This document shows, one piece after another, positions 36,819 through 47,438 of a stretch of DNA of 64,000 nt. The first letter of the stretch is position 1. The number at the start of each line of letters is the position of its first letter. The stretch lies in the sequence record LR535917.1. The stretch is one strand, 5' to 3'. The notes under the pieces are model-generated. The model searched no databases and had not been told where the DNA came from. It worked only from the letters and a program-made list of their open reading frames with translations. A program made the position numbers and the translations under genes.

Positions 36819-37778
36819 GTCGTACAGTTCAGACGAGATCCTGGATTCTACTTGATCTGTCATTGCAGGTTGCTCCAGACAGAAGCTACAGTCTAAGTTA
36901 CACTTAGAAGTTGCGACAACCGACAGAATTGACGGTTTAATCTCTTCACGTTGAAACTCACGAGAAGTATCTTCTCTATCCATGTAATAAGCCCCTCCCG
37001 GCTCACCGCCCGTCCAATGAATCTCACCGATATCCGGATTCTTCTCTAAAATCGAGAGGTTCGGATGAGACTCCTTCAACTCGTTCACGAAGTCTTCAAT
37101 CTTGCGCTGCGCTAACAGCAGCAACGGCAGATGTGATTTACGCATCTTTAAACCGTTGGTGTACATGTGATGACGGAGAAACGGACGTTCCGACTTCTTG
37201 TAGCCGTCAATGGACACAAAGATAAGGTCGAACTGTTTGTTGTCCAGCTCGTACAGCACTTCCAGCGCTTCGTGATTACCACCGTTTACAAAGTTCATAT
37301 CTTCGTACCAGCGTTTATCACCTAACTGGTCACGCGTCATCACACCCCAGGTGTAATAAAACAACAACGACACACCACCTGGACGGTAATGATAGATTGC
37401 TCGGTGCAGCTCGATGAAATACCCGTACATGAAGTTCATGACGTGGTCTGGCGATAACGGTTTCGGCATCATCGCATCAAGCCCACATTCAGAATCGTTC
37501 TGCATGTTAAGGCGTTCGATATTGTCGAGTATTTTCCAGTTAAGCCACAGCACTTCACTGCACGTGTTGCACTCGGTATCGAACATTTTACTGATTGCAT
37601 TACAGCCGACTTCCAATATCTCTGGGGCGTTCTGAATTTGCTCCTGCGTACCGTCGGCAGCAGAAATTACACGGTTGATGTAGTTATACGCATCAACGCC
37701 GATAGAACGCGCCAGGCGCGTGGTGTGTACTGGATTTGCTGTTCGCTATTACTCATTGTTCGCCGCCCGTTTACGCTT
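36819..37778 (-). CDS. Radical SAM enzyme 1 with Twitch-like C-terminus (~304 aa)
   Basis: MTDQVES...VATSKCNLDCSFC (CxxxCxxC), WTGGEP, YTNG, VSIDG, and C-terminal ECNTCSEVLWLNADGT...GCNRL. Confidence 0.88.
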
Positions 37779-39098
37779 CGCTCGTAGCAGTATTCGCAGT
37801 CCAGGTTACATGACAGGTTAGTCACAACCTGATACGTGTCGAAACAAGCGTGGATAAAATCAATCACGTCTGCTACTTTGTTGTTACGCGGATATTTAAA
37901 CGGCTCACCACCGATGATATCGATGATGACTTCAACGTTCGGGATATCTTTATCACGCTGTTCTGCGCATAACTTCTCTGCGGTTTCAAAGGCCGCCAAA
38001 AGAAGTTTAGGCTGCATGTTCAGCGGACGGTCCAGAAGCGTACCGTTCGTGGAGATACTGAACATATACGGGCGATTGAAACCATCGATGGAGACCCCAA
38101 TAGACAGTTTGTCTTTCCAGCGCTCGATAATTTCTTTGGCTTCGTACGACCCTTCACGCGTCGTGGTAAAGATACGATATTTGTCATGGACTTCAGGTGC
38201 CTTTACGCCCAGCTCAGCGATGCCAACACTCTTCAGGTAATTGTAACCGCGTACCGCAATGTCAATTAACGATTTCATGCTGGCGGCATAGTGCGGCAAT
38301 GTATCGATCGTAAACGTCATATGGCGCGGCAGGATATCTTCGTACGTTACGTTACCAGAAATGGTACCACCGCCGGACAGACCCTTCTCAATCCAGTAGT
38401 CCATCACGTCCATCATCTGGTTCGCGATATCCAACGCCGCCATAAAGTTCAGGCCATCCGGGATGATGTGCGTAATCGTGTTACGCGGGTTGGTGTGCGG
38501 GTCGAGACGAACAGAGTCGTCATGTAAGAGTTTGTCACGCCAATCCGGGTCCCAAGTTCGATCAAAGCCGAGACAGGTCATGTGCGTCAACGTACCGCAG
38601 TACGGTTTCAGGCGTTCTTCTGCTACAGCAGAACGGGAAGTTACCGTGGACATGAAACGGTTACAACCGTAAATCTTGGTTTGAATCTCTTCTAACAGCT
38701 TACCACCGTCCAGGCTCACAAACTCACGACCGACCAGTCTACCGCAGCTGTGTTTCATCGGACACCCTAAACAGGTTTCTGGGTAGTTGGTGTACTGCTG
38801 ATACGCTTTACGGTCTTCCAGTGTACCTTCACCGTTTTCGTACGATGCTGCTGCGCAGTACCAATATTCCGCCGCCATCAGCTTCGCAGTAGTCCAACCA
38901 CACTGACGACGCTCGGCGGAACAATAGCACATGGATTTATCATGCAAATCTGATGCGCGAGTCGTACCAGTTTTCTGAACTTCATTCTGGGCTCCGTTTT
39001 GTAATTTTTCTGCTTCAGCACGTTGGCGTACACAACGTTGCGCAGGAAGCGATCGACCAAGTGCAGTTTACGCTTCGTAAAATTGTGAATCAGTATTG
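37719..39098 (-). CDS. Radical SAM/SPASM peptide maturase (CXXX-repeat-target type, ~442 aa)
   Basis: MSNSEQ...VVTNLSCNLDCEYCYE, IIGGEP, STNG, VSIDG; SPASM YCGTLTHMTCLGFDRKIYGCNRF and CLGCPMKHSCGSCAAASYE...QCGWTTAKLMAAEYW; ATG overlaps the rSAM1 stop. Confidence 0.9.
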
Positions 39099-39638
39099 GG
39101 ATTTCATCAGTGAAGTCTTCCCCTGCCACAATTGCGTGCACATTGTACAGCTTGCTTTCTTTCTCAACGCAGTAGACCGGGATCATCACATTCAGCCCGT
39201 ATTTAATCAACAGGCTTTCAAGCAGTCGCTTCTCAAAGCCAGGGTTGCGCTTTTCGATTTCCGCGACAGACTCGTGTCTTTCAGGACTGGCTTCATCAAT
39301 AGAGTGACGTAGCAGTTCGATTTTGTGGCGTGGGTATGTATTGGAGCGTAAGTTACGAATACGCATCCGCGGGAATGACAAGCCCAACGCCACTAAACAC
39401 TGCGGGAGCAGGTGTTCTTCGAAGATTTGACGCTCTGTGTAATAAGCGTCAACCGGGTAGTCCTGATCGAGGTTACCGGCCCACAACAGAGAAATGTTGT
39501 GTTGCTCTTCTTCTTCCAGACATTCGTCCTCCTCAATCAGGCCAAGTTCTAACAACAAACCGAAGTCCAGCATCTGGAAAATCACGCTGGAAATAACGGG
39601 CGCGGATCTCTTCGTTCGTTAAGCTTTTGTCAGTAACA
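38979..39638 (-). CDS. Unknown operon protein (~188 aa)
   Basis: MKSILIHNFTKRKLHLVDRFLR...ECLLLTKA*; start overlaps the end of rSAM2. Confidence 0.7.
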
Positions 39639-40298
39639 GTACGGCCCTGATCCTGCGCACCGATTCGTTCCATGAAATTACCGTGACGATCAATCGGCAG
39701 GGCTTCTTTATCAGACATCCCTTCGATGAGATGGTAATGGAGTAATGCACAAAATCCGGTGCGTTTCAATGTGAAGTTAGCTTCAATCTCCGACATCTCA
39801 TACAGCTTCATGCGTGCCTTCAGATTCCCGCGAATTTCGTCGAGGTCAATCTCCAGCACATTAGCAATAAACTCTTTCCGGTGGTCGAGTTCCAACAGCA
39901 TCTTCTGCACGTCTTCGTAAATGTAACGTGCGGTAGATTCATCGGCTTGAAAGTGACTACCTTCAAACTCGATATAACCATGGCGCTCATCTTCGTAGAG
40001 CCAGTATTCTGGTGCGGTATCTGCCTGAATGTATTGACCGAGGATGGTACGCGACGATGCCAGCAACGCTTTACATTGGGCTACTGTAAACGGACTGTGC
40101 TTAGTATTCAGCGTATCGATTTGGCGTTTGTTATCTGCCATTGCTGAGTGCAACACTTGGTCACGTGCAACAATAGCGCCGAGTGACTCGGACAATGTTT
40201 TTAATCCAGTGTAATCGCGCTTTTCAGCTAACTCACGGAAATAAAAGGTACCTACCTCCCTTCGGGGAGGTAGGGCCTTTATTTTCTTTGCTTACATG
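39519..40298 (-). CDS. Unknown operon protein (~223 aa)
   Basis: RBS gaggagg, MSVTDKSLTNEEIRARYFQRD...SESLGM*; followed by a terminator. Confidence 0.72.
40239..40290. terminator. Bidirectional terminator closing the radical SAM operon and the convergent virion gene
   Basis: aaataaaaggtacctacctccc-ttcg-gggaggtagggcctttattttcttt. Confidence 0.85.
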
Positions 40299-40898
40299 CC
40301 ACCAACGGTGAACTGGACGGATTCGTTTAACAAAACAACTTAGTAGTTTCTAAGAAATAACCTGCCAGCCTTGCAGTTTATACTGTAACGCAGCCAATCG
40401 TTAAAACTGACCTGAGCAACGGCGACAGTGGTGAGAAAATCATCACTGTTATGGTGAAAGAAGGCCACATTAAATACCTTGCCGCCGGTAAAACGGAAGA
40501 TGCGTTTGCATTGTCTGAACTCACCATTTCACGCGAGGCTGACCAGGCAGAATGGGATACCGATGAAGAAGTGCTTGCTTTTGTCAACGCAGATCTAAAA
40601 GAGCTGCATTATACCCGCCTCGATTCATCGAACATCATCGGTGCGAAAGCAGTTACCGCTCGCAACTCCAAACTCACCATCACTGCCACCGCGGAATCCG
40701 CTAACTTTACTGGCGAGACTTCTGCTGACGTTACATTCGGCGCTGTTGCTGACTATTCACCAGCAGATTCTGGAGACACAAAAGACCAACTCGTTGCGCT
40801 GTTTAATGCTGCAAACAGCGGACTGTCTAGTCCGTTAAGAACGATTTAGTATGCACCACAAACCTACTATAAGGAAACAACCATGGCAGTCATCTCTG
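40299..40898 (+). CDS. phiKZ-like virion paralog (~175 aa)
   Basis: RBS taagga, MAVISAKDQLVALFNAAN...RNSKLTITA...HYTRLD...TTNGELDGFV*. Confidence 0.75.
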
Positions 40899-40958
40899 AA
40901 AAATTTCTCGTTTAACAGCCAACTTTACTGCCATATTAAGCCCACTATGTTGTTTTTA

Positions 40959-41498
40959 AACAGGTTTATAATCGCGAATACGATAAATAGACGTTTCATA
41001 GAGTACCTTTCAGTGGTATTCTTTACTGGTGTGGCGCTAAATTGTCCTATGTTGCTTGGCGACTGAACACAACCGGCCGGACGGTAGTCTACAAACTTCT
41101 CCTGCGTCCCTGTGCATGTATAAATCACCAAGTCGTGATTTGCACCCACATCCATTACTGTTACTGACCGCGGCATCATTTGTAGGTTGTCCAGTACCAT
41201 TGTATCTTTAAACATCATCGGTGACTCTAGTTTGCCACCGTCCCACGCTGCTACCCAGTTATTAATACGGTAATAACGCTCACCTGTGGTGGTGTTAACA
41301 TTCCCGTCGATTTTGCCACCTTCGCCGGTATACGGGTTCACATCCGAAAAAGAGTAAGTGGGGCTATCGTTTACGGTTATCGGAGTAGGAACTTCACCGA
41401 TAAACCCGCTGCTGCAGCGAAAGAATGTCATCCCTTTACCCACTCCCCTTACGGGAGTGGGTAAACACTATTTATTTTCTTCTAACGGAACAATCGTA
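40959..41498 (-). CDS. Lipoprotein (~163 aa)
   Basis: MKRLFIVFAIINLLAG-CVQSPS: LAGC lipobox formed after re-joining; ends ...VPLEENK*. Confidence 0.75.
41439..41480. terminator. Bidirectional terminator between convergent genes
   Basis: (tta)cccactccc-cttac-gggagtgggtaa then tatttattttct. Confidence 0.75.
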
Positions 41499-41558
41499 AT
41501 ACGTTTAATGCGCGTAGAGAGCGTTACAGAGCGTTTTAGAGGGTAAATAAAGCCCTTA

Positions 41559-42158
41559 TGGAGCAAGCTAGTTAAAATCTAAGCCACTTTAATCAAAAGT
41601 AATATCATTTATCATTTGATCACCTTCTGGTCACCGACACGTGGTACCGTTAAAGTGGTTAAGCAACAACCCATCGATATTCACTTTATCGAGTGCGATA
41701 TTACCTGGCTGCATGTTGACGTACGCAACCAGCCTGATGATACTCCGTTGCAGAAAGTACACGACTATATTGCCGCGAACCCTAACGAGTTTCCGTTTCT
41801 GTACGCCGAATCGGGCAGTATGCATAAATTCGGTAATGCGTTTGATGCAACAATGCTTCAGTTCTTTATTAATCAAGAGAAACCAAAGGGTGGGGATTGG
41901 CAAACTCGTGCAAACAAACGTTTTGGGCGGATGGTGATTTTAACCAGTTCCCAGCAACAGCGTAGTCTGCGTACCCTGGAAGGTGCTATTCGTTTCCTTA
42001 ATCCGTTACTGCTAATCTCGCTCCAACAGATTCGTAATAATCCTGCCAACTTCGCGTTAAAAGAGTTGATGCCGCAGGAATACATCGCGAAATACGGTTA
42101 TTTGAATATCAAACGTGCGTTCCTGACTGCCCCTTAAGGAGAGAAAATGTTTCATCCG
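41559..42158 (+). CDS. Peptidase M15-family peptidoglycan hydrolase (~171 aa)
   Basis: MFHPNPANFALKELMPQE...LQQIRNRFG...SMHKFGNAFD (H-x6-D)...FP...ITWLHVDVRN (HxD). Confidence 0.78.
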
Positions 42159-42818
42159 TTAGCGATTCCTGAACACGAACGTGTTGACATTACTAATGGG
42201 CAACCGGTAAACGTGCAGCCGGTAGAAAAGACGTTGTCCTATAATCGCAACTACCTGTTCTTTAGAACGTCGCGTACGGTTCACGAGTTTGGTTGGCCGT
42301 CCTATGTAGACGATAACTCTAAGGTGGTTTATAGCCGGTTACGTATCATGGAGGCATTAGGCGTTGACACCTTTATTCGTAAGTCCTTCTACCATGCCGA
42401 CACTGTCGAAGGTAATCTATCTCGTGCATGTGACAAAACATTCGCTGACCTGATGTTCGCTGCCGCTTGTGTGCATGATTTGTTTTACCAGAAACGTTCA
42501 TCGGTAGGCTTTTACCCTGACCTGGCAAGCATTCCAGAAGCGTTACGTCCTATCCTGCATCCGGATGGGCCTTGGGCCTTAGCAGGTGTGCATCCGGATA
42601 CCCCGTTATGGGTAACGGTACCGAGAGGATTTGTGACGTTCGAGTTTACGTTGCGCAGCCTCTATCGTGAACAGACCGGAATGGATGCGATGGTAGCAGA
42701 AGCACTTAAGTATAAGTTGTTAGAGAAGCCGTGGTTTATCCTCACGGATGATTTCCATTTTTACTGGGATTAATGGTCCTCACGATGCTCGTGCGTTATA
42801 TGACGTGAGGTCAGTATG
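42099..42818 (+). CDS. Hypothetical protein (~213 aa)
   Basis: MEALKYKLLEKPWFIL... ends ...RAFLTAP*. Confidence 0.6.
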
Positions 42819-43058
42819 TGTCGGAGGGTAAAGCCATGCAATACGACAACGACGACTGGCCGAAAGGCTTAATGCCCACAAACCGTTCCGGAAACGTATT
42901 ACGATTCTGGGTTCTTCAAACTATTACGCGCGATCTTCTTGCCGCAAGGAGAAAACGTAATGACCCACCGTCCAACTCCGCCTAAGTTCCCCGAAGTATG
43001 CAAATGAAACAGAATTGGTTTGCTGCCTTAATGAAAGCTATCTGGCGCGCCCTTGTTT
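42759..43058 (+). CDS. Three overlapping micro-ORFs (33, ~50, 30 aa) after the GH108 lysin
   Basis: MKQNWFAALMKAIWRALVFAARRKRNDPPSNSA*; MTHRPTPPKFPEV...RKA*; MQYDNDDWPKGLMPILLGLMVLTMLVRYMT*; the last two have aaggag/ggagg RBSs. Confidence 0.45.
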
Positions 43059-43658
43059 TACGGCTGGTATGGCCGCGTCTATCAGGAAATGCCAGACTAC
43101 GTGGCTAAGTTGGGGATGCATCAGGTTGCGTATTACACGGAAATCAGTGAAGGGCGTGAGGATAACGAAGAGTTTACTGGCTTCATCAAAGCCCGTGGGG
43201 AAGAGGGCCTGAATCGACTGATGTTCGCTTTAACCTGTCTATACGATGATATCGATGCCGATGGTGGTATCGGGCCACGTACGTTAACAGCGTTAGAACG
43301 TGGTAACTGTATCAAGTCCCTGCAACGTATTCTGAACGTATTAAACCGTCAGGGTAAAATTATGAAAATGAATGTCCTGCTAGCTGACCGAATGTTTGAT
43401 TTCGGCATTAACGCAGGATTAGAAATCGCGTTAGACATTTACAACAAGCTCTGGTGGCAGCGGATGCGTTTAGACCAGGGTGTCACCGAACTCACTGCGC
43501 GCGAATATGGCTATAAAGGGGATATGCGTGACCTGAGCGTAAACATCGAAGCCGGTTACGTTAATAACCCGAAAGATTTGGGCAAAGCAACGAACCGCTC
43601 AACTCAGGAGGTTATCGTGGTCGATCGTTGGAGTAAAGAGGGCATTATTCGTGCCAAA
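42999..43658 (+). CDS. Glycoside hydrolase family 108 lysozyme with PG-binding domain (~196 aa)
   Basis: (M)VDRW...IEAGYVNNPKDLGKATNRGVT...YGYKGDMRDLS...MFDFGINAG...LQRILN...DGGIGPRTL...NEEFTYGW. Confidence 0.9.
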
Positions 43659-43673
43659 GCCTGAAGATAACCC

Positions 43674-43710
43674 ATGCCCTCTTCCCCACGGGGAAGAGGC
43701 TTTCTTTTTA
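43674..43710 (+). terminator. Intrinsic terminator
   Basis: gccctcttcccc-acg-gggaagaggc-tttctttttat. Confidence 0.75.
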
Positions 43711-43718
43711 TGACCCTA

Positions 43719-45938
43719 CCGTGGGTGCGGCCAACGATACCGTTATCGTAATTTAACGAGGAACTTGACGGGTTTAAATACGATGCGTATCTCGGTAAAA
43801 TGATGGAATGTAATCCGTATACCAAATCTGCCCCTAAAGTGAAATCGGCTACCAGTAGTGCACCGGTGGAGAGGTTCTATGTCGATCGCTTCGTGTATAT
43901 GTTCACCCTAAAACCTGCGCCTACCGGAGTGATTGGCCTCGCTGTGGAACGCAACCGGGCACACTGTGTATCGGAGTTTGATATTGTGCACGACACTTGG
44001 CGTTACAACCGCGCGGTAGGAACACCATACGGCGATGCTGTAGCCAACTTACCAGCCACCACATTGTTTGGTATCATGTTAGGTACGATTATTTCAGGTA
44101 CGCTGTTCAAAAAGCAAAACATACCCGGCGGTTTGGTGGCCAGTGCGGATGGGATAGATAAAGTCACCGACCCAACCAAACCTGTAGTTGTGGAGTTCGT
44201 CACCGACGAGTACCAAGAGTTCCTCGACTACCTCGCAGATTTAGATGCCAACCGATTGGCCGTCGGTGGGAATAAAAGTATCGTCAACTGGGTATCCGTC
44301 GGAACGGTGAAACCGAATGTCTATGTCTACGGTCGTGAAGACGGGATGTCATGGACTCGCCCTGGGATGGCAGGCGAAGGCCAGCCGGGACGATATACAG
44401 CGTTCGAGCAATGGAACACCCCGGCTACCGGCTCGCCGGTCGTCGCACAATTTACCGGCTACCAGAGTCGCTACTATGGCGGTCCTGGTGGCGATTGGGG
44501 CACCAATAACCGTAACGGCTTAGCTGGGTCCCGTGACAAAGGCGGTGCTACCCAGTTAACCACCAAGATCGGTGGAGCTGGTGGTGCGCCTCTCGGGCCA
44601 GGCGCGGCGGTACCCAGCATCGAAAACTACGGCACCATCGCCGGAGGTGGGGGTGGGGGCGACTACTATGCGTTTAGCACATCAGCAGACGGAGCTGACG
44701 CAATCCACATTACCGATACCTTCCGCGGCAAAGTCACCAACCGGGGAACCATTCTTGGTCGCGGTGGTTCGGGTATGGTCTATTCTCTGCCTGCGAACAA
44801 ACCGACGTTCGTTATCGACGAATTGCCGCAAATTGGCGAGGTGGTTTGGAACTTCGTTCGTTTGTTTGTTAACGTGACCGTAGATGCGGGGGCTTTCGTT
44901 TATCGCGACAGCAACCTGACGTCGCAAGTTTCGGACAGCTACTGGGCCACGACGTTGACCAACCATGCGGCGTGCGGGACGTTGAATGTGGCACGCTATC
45001 AAGATAACGAGCAAACCCTTAACCTGAACTACACAACTTGGCCAAGACAAGTGCAATTGGCACCCGTGGAGGGTTCGTACAAAGTCATGGGCAGTGCCGG
45101 CATTCGGAGTGTATTTGATGTAAACGAAATTGCTCCTGTAGAGAACTTGGCAGGCGAGACATACGTCCCGGATGATTTCACCGGTAGCCTGCACGATGCT
45201 CTGGCCATCGAGACACTCTTTGGAACGAAGTATGTGTTCTTTTCACGTAACAAACTCGAGACATATGCAGGCAAAACCGGCCAAACCTCTGCGTATAACA
45301 GCGTCGTGGCTTTGACCGCTAGACCGGGGAGCGGGATGAAACGGATCGTGGATCTTGATAAAGTCGATGTCAGCGCCCCGATGTCCCCGGAGGATATAAT
45401 TCTCACGCTAAAGGCTGCGAATAAACAGCAGTGGATTAACTTCTACTCTAATGCAGTCACGCTAGATGTGATAAACGGCGACGTGGATATCAACACCGTC
45501 TACACTGTTACCAATATCAATGCTGCGCGCATCACGTTCCAGGCGAAACAGACAAGTCTTGTCTGGTACGGCAGCCAATTACTGGGGATTACCTTTTTAA
45601 CCGACGACTTTGAAGACCTGCCTATCACTTGGACAAACAAGTTGGATGCCATTCCCACTTGTGCATCCATTCACGAACTGTTGCCGCATTTAGACACTTA
45701 CGGTCAAATTACGGCCCAGGTCACGAAACAAAATATTGCTGATTATTTCGCTAAGGTTGCGCATCGTGACGAAAAAACCCTAGACGTCACACTGACAGGG
45801 GGTCCGGGGTATTCGAATAACCGTAAAAACGCGGTCGCCAAAGCAGTAGACCCCGCTAACGTACGCCTGGTGTCCGTGGACTAAGGTGTCACCATGTCCT
45901 ACACTCCTGATTTAGTGGCGACCGTGATTCGGTCGCTC
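43719..45938 (+). CDS. Tail protein with internal T-even gp38-like glycine-rich adhesin domain (~725 aa)
   Basis: MSYTPDLVATVIRSLNRKN...; later VNRGTILGRGGSG...DGADAI...IENYGTIAGGGGGG...GGAGGAPLG...GGPGGDWGQPG...AGEAVGG...W. Confidence 0.7.
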
Positions 45939-47258
45939 CTATATGGTCTACAGTCCATATAGCAAAACCGCCCCGGTCCCTTGGTATCCACCGCTATAGA
46001 CGAGCCTCTACTCGAATTACTGTAACTATTTCATCTATTACGACCCAAGCAAAGGCGGCACGTCATCGGCTATTACTTACCAGGGACTATACCGTAACGG
46101 ATACCAATCCAAACAAATGATGTTCCAAGAAAGTATTGCTAACCGGCGTCGGGTACTGTACCACACTGCTTACACCACCACTCGATACTGTACCGGGAGT
46201 ATTCGACGGCTGATGCAACACGCGTTTCCGACCGAAGACGTGTTGACTCGGGCGGAAGCGCCTGAAACAATGGATGATTTAACGGGTTCCCCGTATGGCA
46301 TGAGGTTCCGGGAAACCAGCTCAAATTCGATGAGCGTCACGTTGTATCAAAACGAGTATCCGAAAAATAACGTGGCCTATTTGGCGCAGGAAAAGGACGT
46401 CGAACGTTATGCGCGTTAGAAGTTGACGCCACCTGAGGATATGGGTAATCTCCGTCGTCCGTTCTTCTTGCACTTTGGTACACGCAATAACAACCCAGGC
46501 TTAGACCCTGATATGCGTGGGGAGTACAATTACTGCGTCCCGTTCACTATCGGTAATGCTGCTACTGATAACCCGTATGACCTCTATGGGTATGTCGCAC
46601 TAAACAGTAACTCGTACATGACCCAGTTCATCGCGGCGCTGTCGGCATGGTCGGGCATACTCGACTGGAGCATGTACACCCAACAGATAATCAATATCCC
46701 GATGGGTACCCCGCTGCGGTACCACACCACCGAAACCGGAGCTTGGGAACCCATGGATGTTTACAGCACGGTCTATCGCGCATTCACGGGTCACATTCCT
46801 ATTAGCTTTATTCGTGAAGAGCCCAGCTTTGCCGACTTGTTTGCAATGATCACTGTGGCAACGGGCGATCGGACGGTGGCGATTAAATCGGATAACCCGA
46901 TTTCCGCAGCTTGTGGGTTGGTGCTTACTGCTGACGATTTAACGTATCCCGACAGCCACGTCAGCGTACCGGTTAAAGTACCTTATCGGGCGACGTCCTA
47001 CCGCGACATCATCGACCGTTACAGCGGTAAGATGGACATCTACTACGACCGCTTAAACCTTTCGCAGTATTTTAAAGGCAATGCCTTGCGCGATGGCCGC
47101 AACAGCCGTATAGTGGTAAACGGATTACAGGGTGGTGGCCCGCAGCTCAAGAAACCACTCAACGCAACCAACGTGGCGTTATTACAAGGTCCTTTAACAA
47201 TGATCAACTATAACAAACCTGTCATGCAGCTGGTTTGGGATCAGATTAATCGTGATAA
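45879..47258 (+). CDS. phiKZ-like virion paralog (~439 aa); joins 46423 and 46117 ORFs
   Basis: MINYNKPVMQLVWDQINRDNPQL...GRNSRIVV...IYYDRLNL; stop at 46418 is a junction chimera. Confidence 0.75.
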
Positions 47259-47438
47259 TTCACCATAACAGCTAAAAATAGGCCCCGAAGGGCCTATTTT
47301 CTTTTTTTAGGACGTTGCTTCAGCGGGATAATCCCCAACACGCAGGTCGAATCAGCTGGAGTTAAAGGGATAGCGTACTAACAGGAGCTAATATGGGGTT
47401 TTACTCATCCACTGCACTTGAGCTGTTGTGTCGGCTCA
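47259..47438 (+). pseudogene. Truncated type-A cassette gene fused to the 3' remnant of another paralog
   Basis: RBS caggag, MGFYSSTALELLCRLIQRDNPQHAGRISWS* (cf. MGLYSAPELELLCQQVVRDNPELAGRIS); another frame reads GVKGIAY..aacagctaa, like the GVKGVAYYHYNS* end of the 57.6 kb gene. Confidence 0.65.
47274..47308 (+). terminator. Intrinsic terminator
   Basis: aaaataggccc-cgaa-gggcctatttt-cttttttt. Confidence 0.85.
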
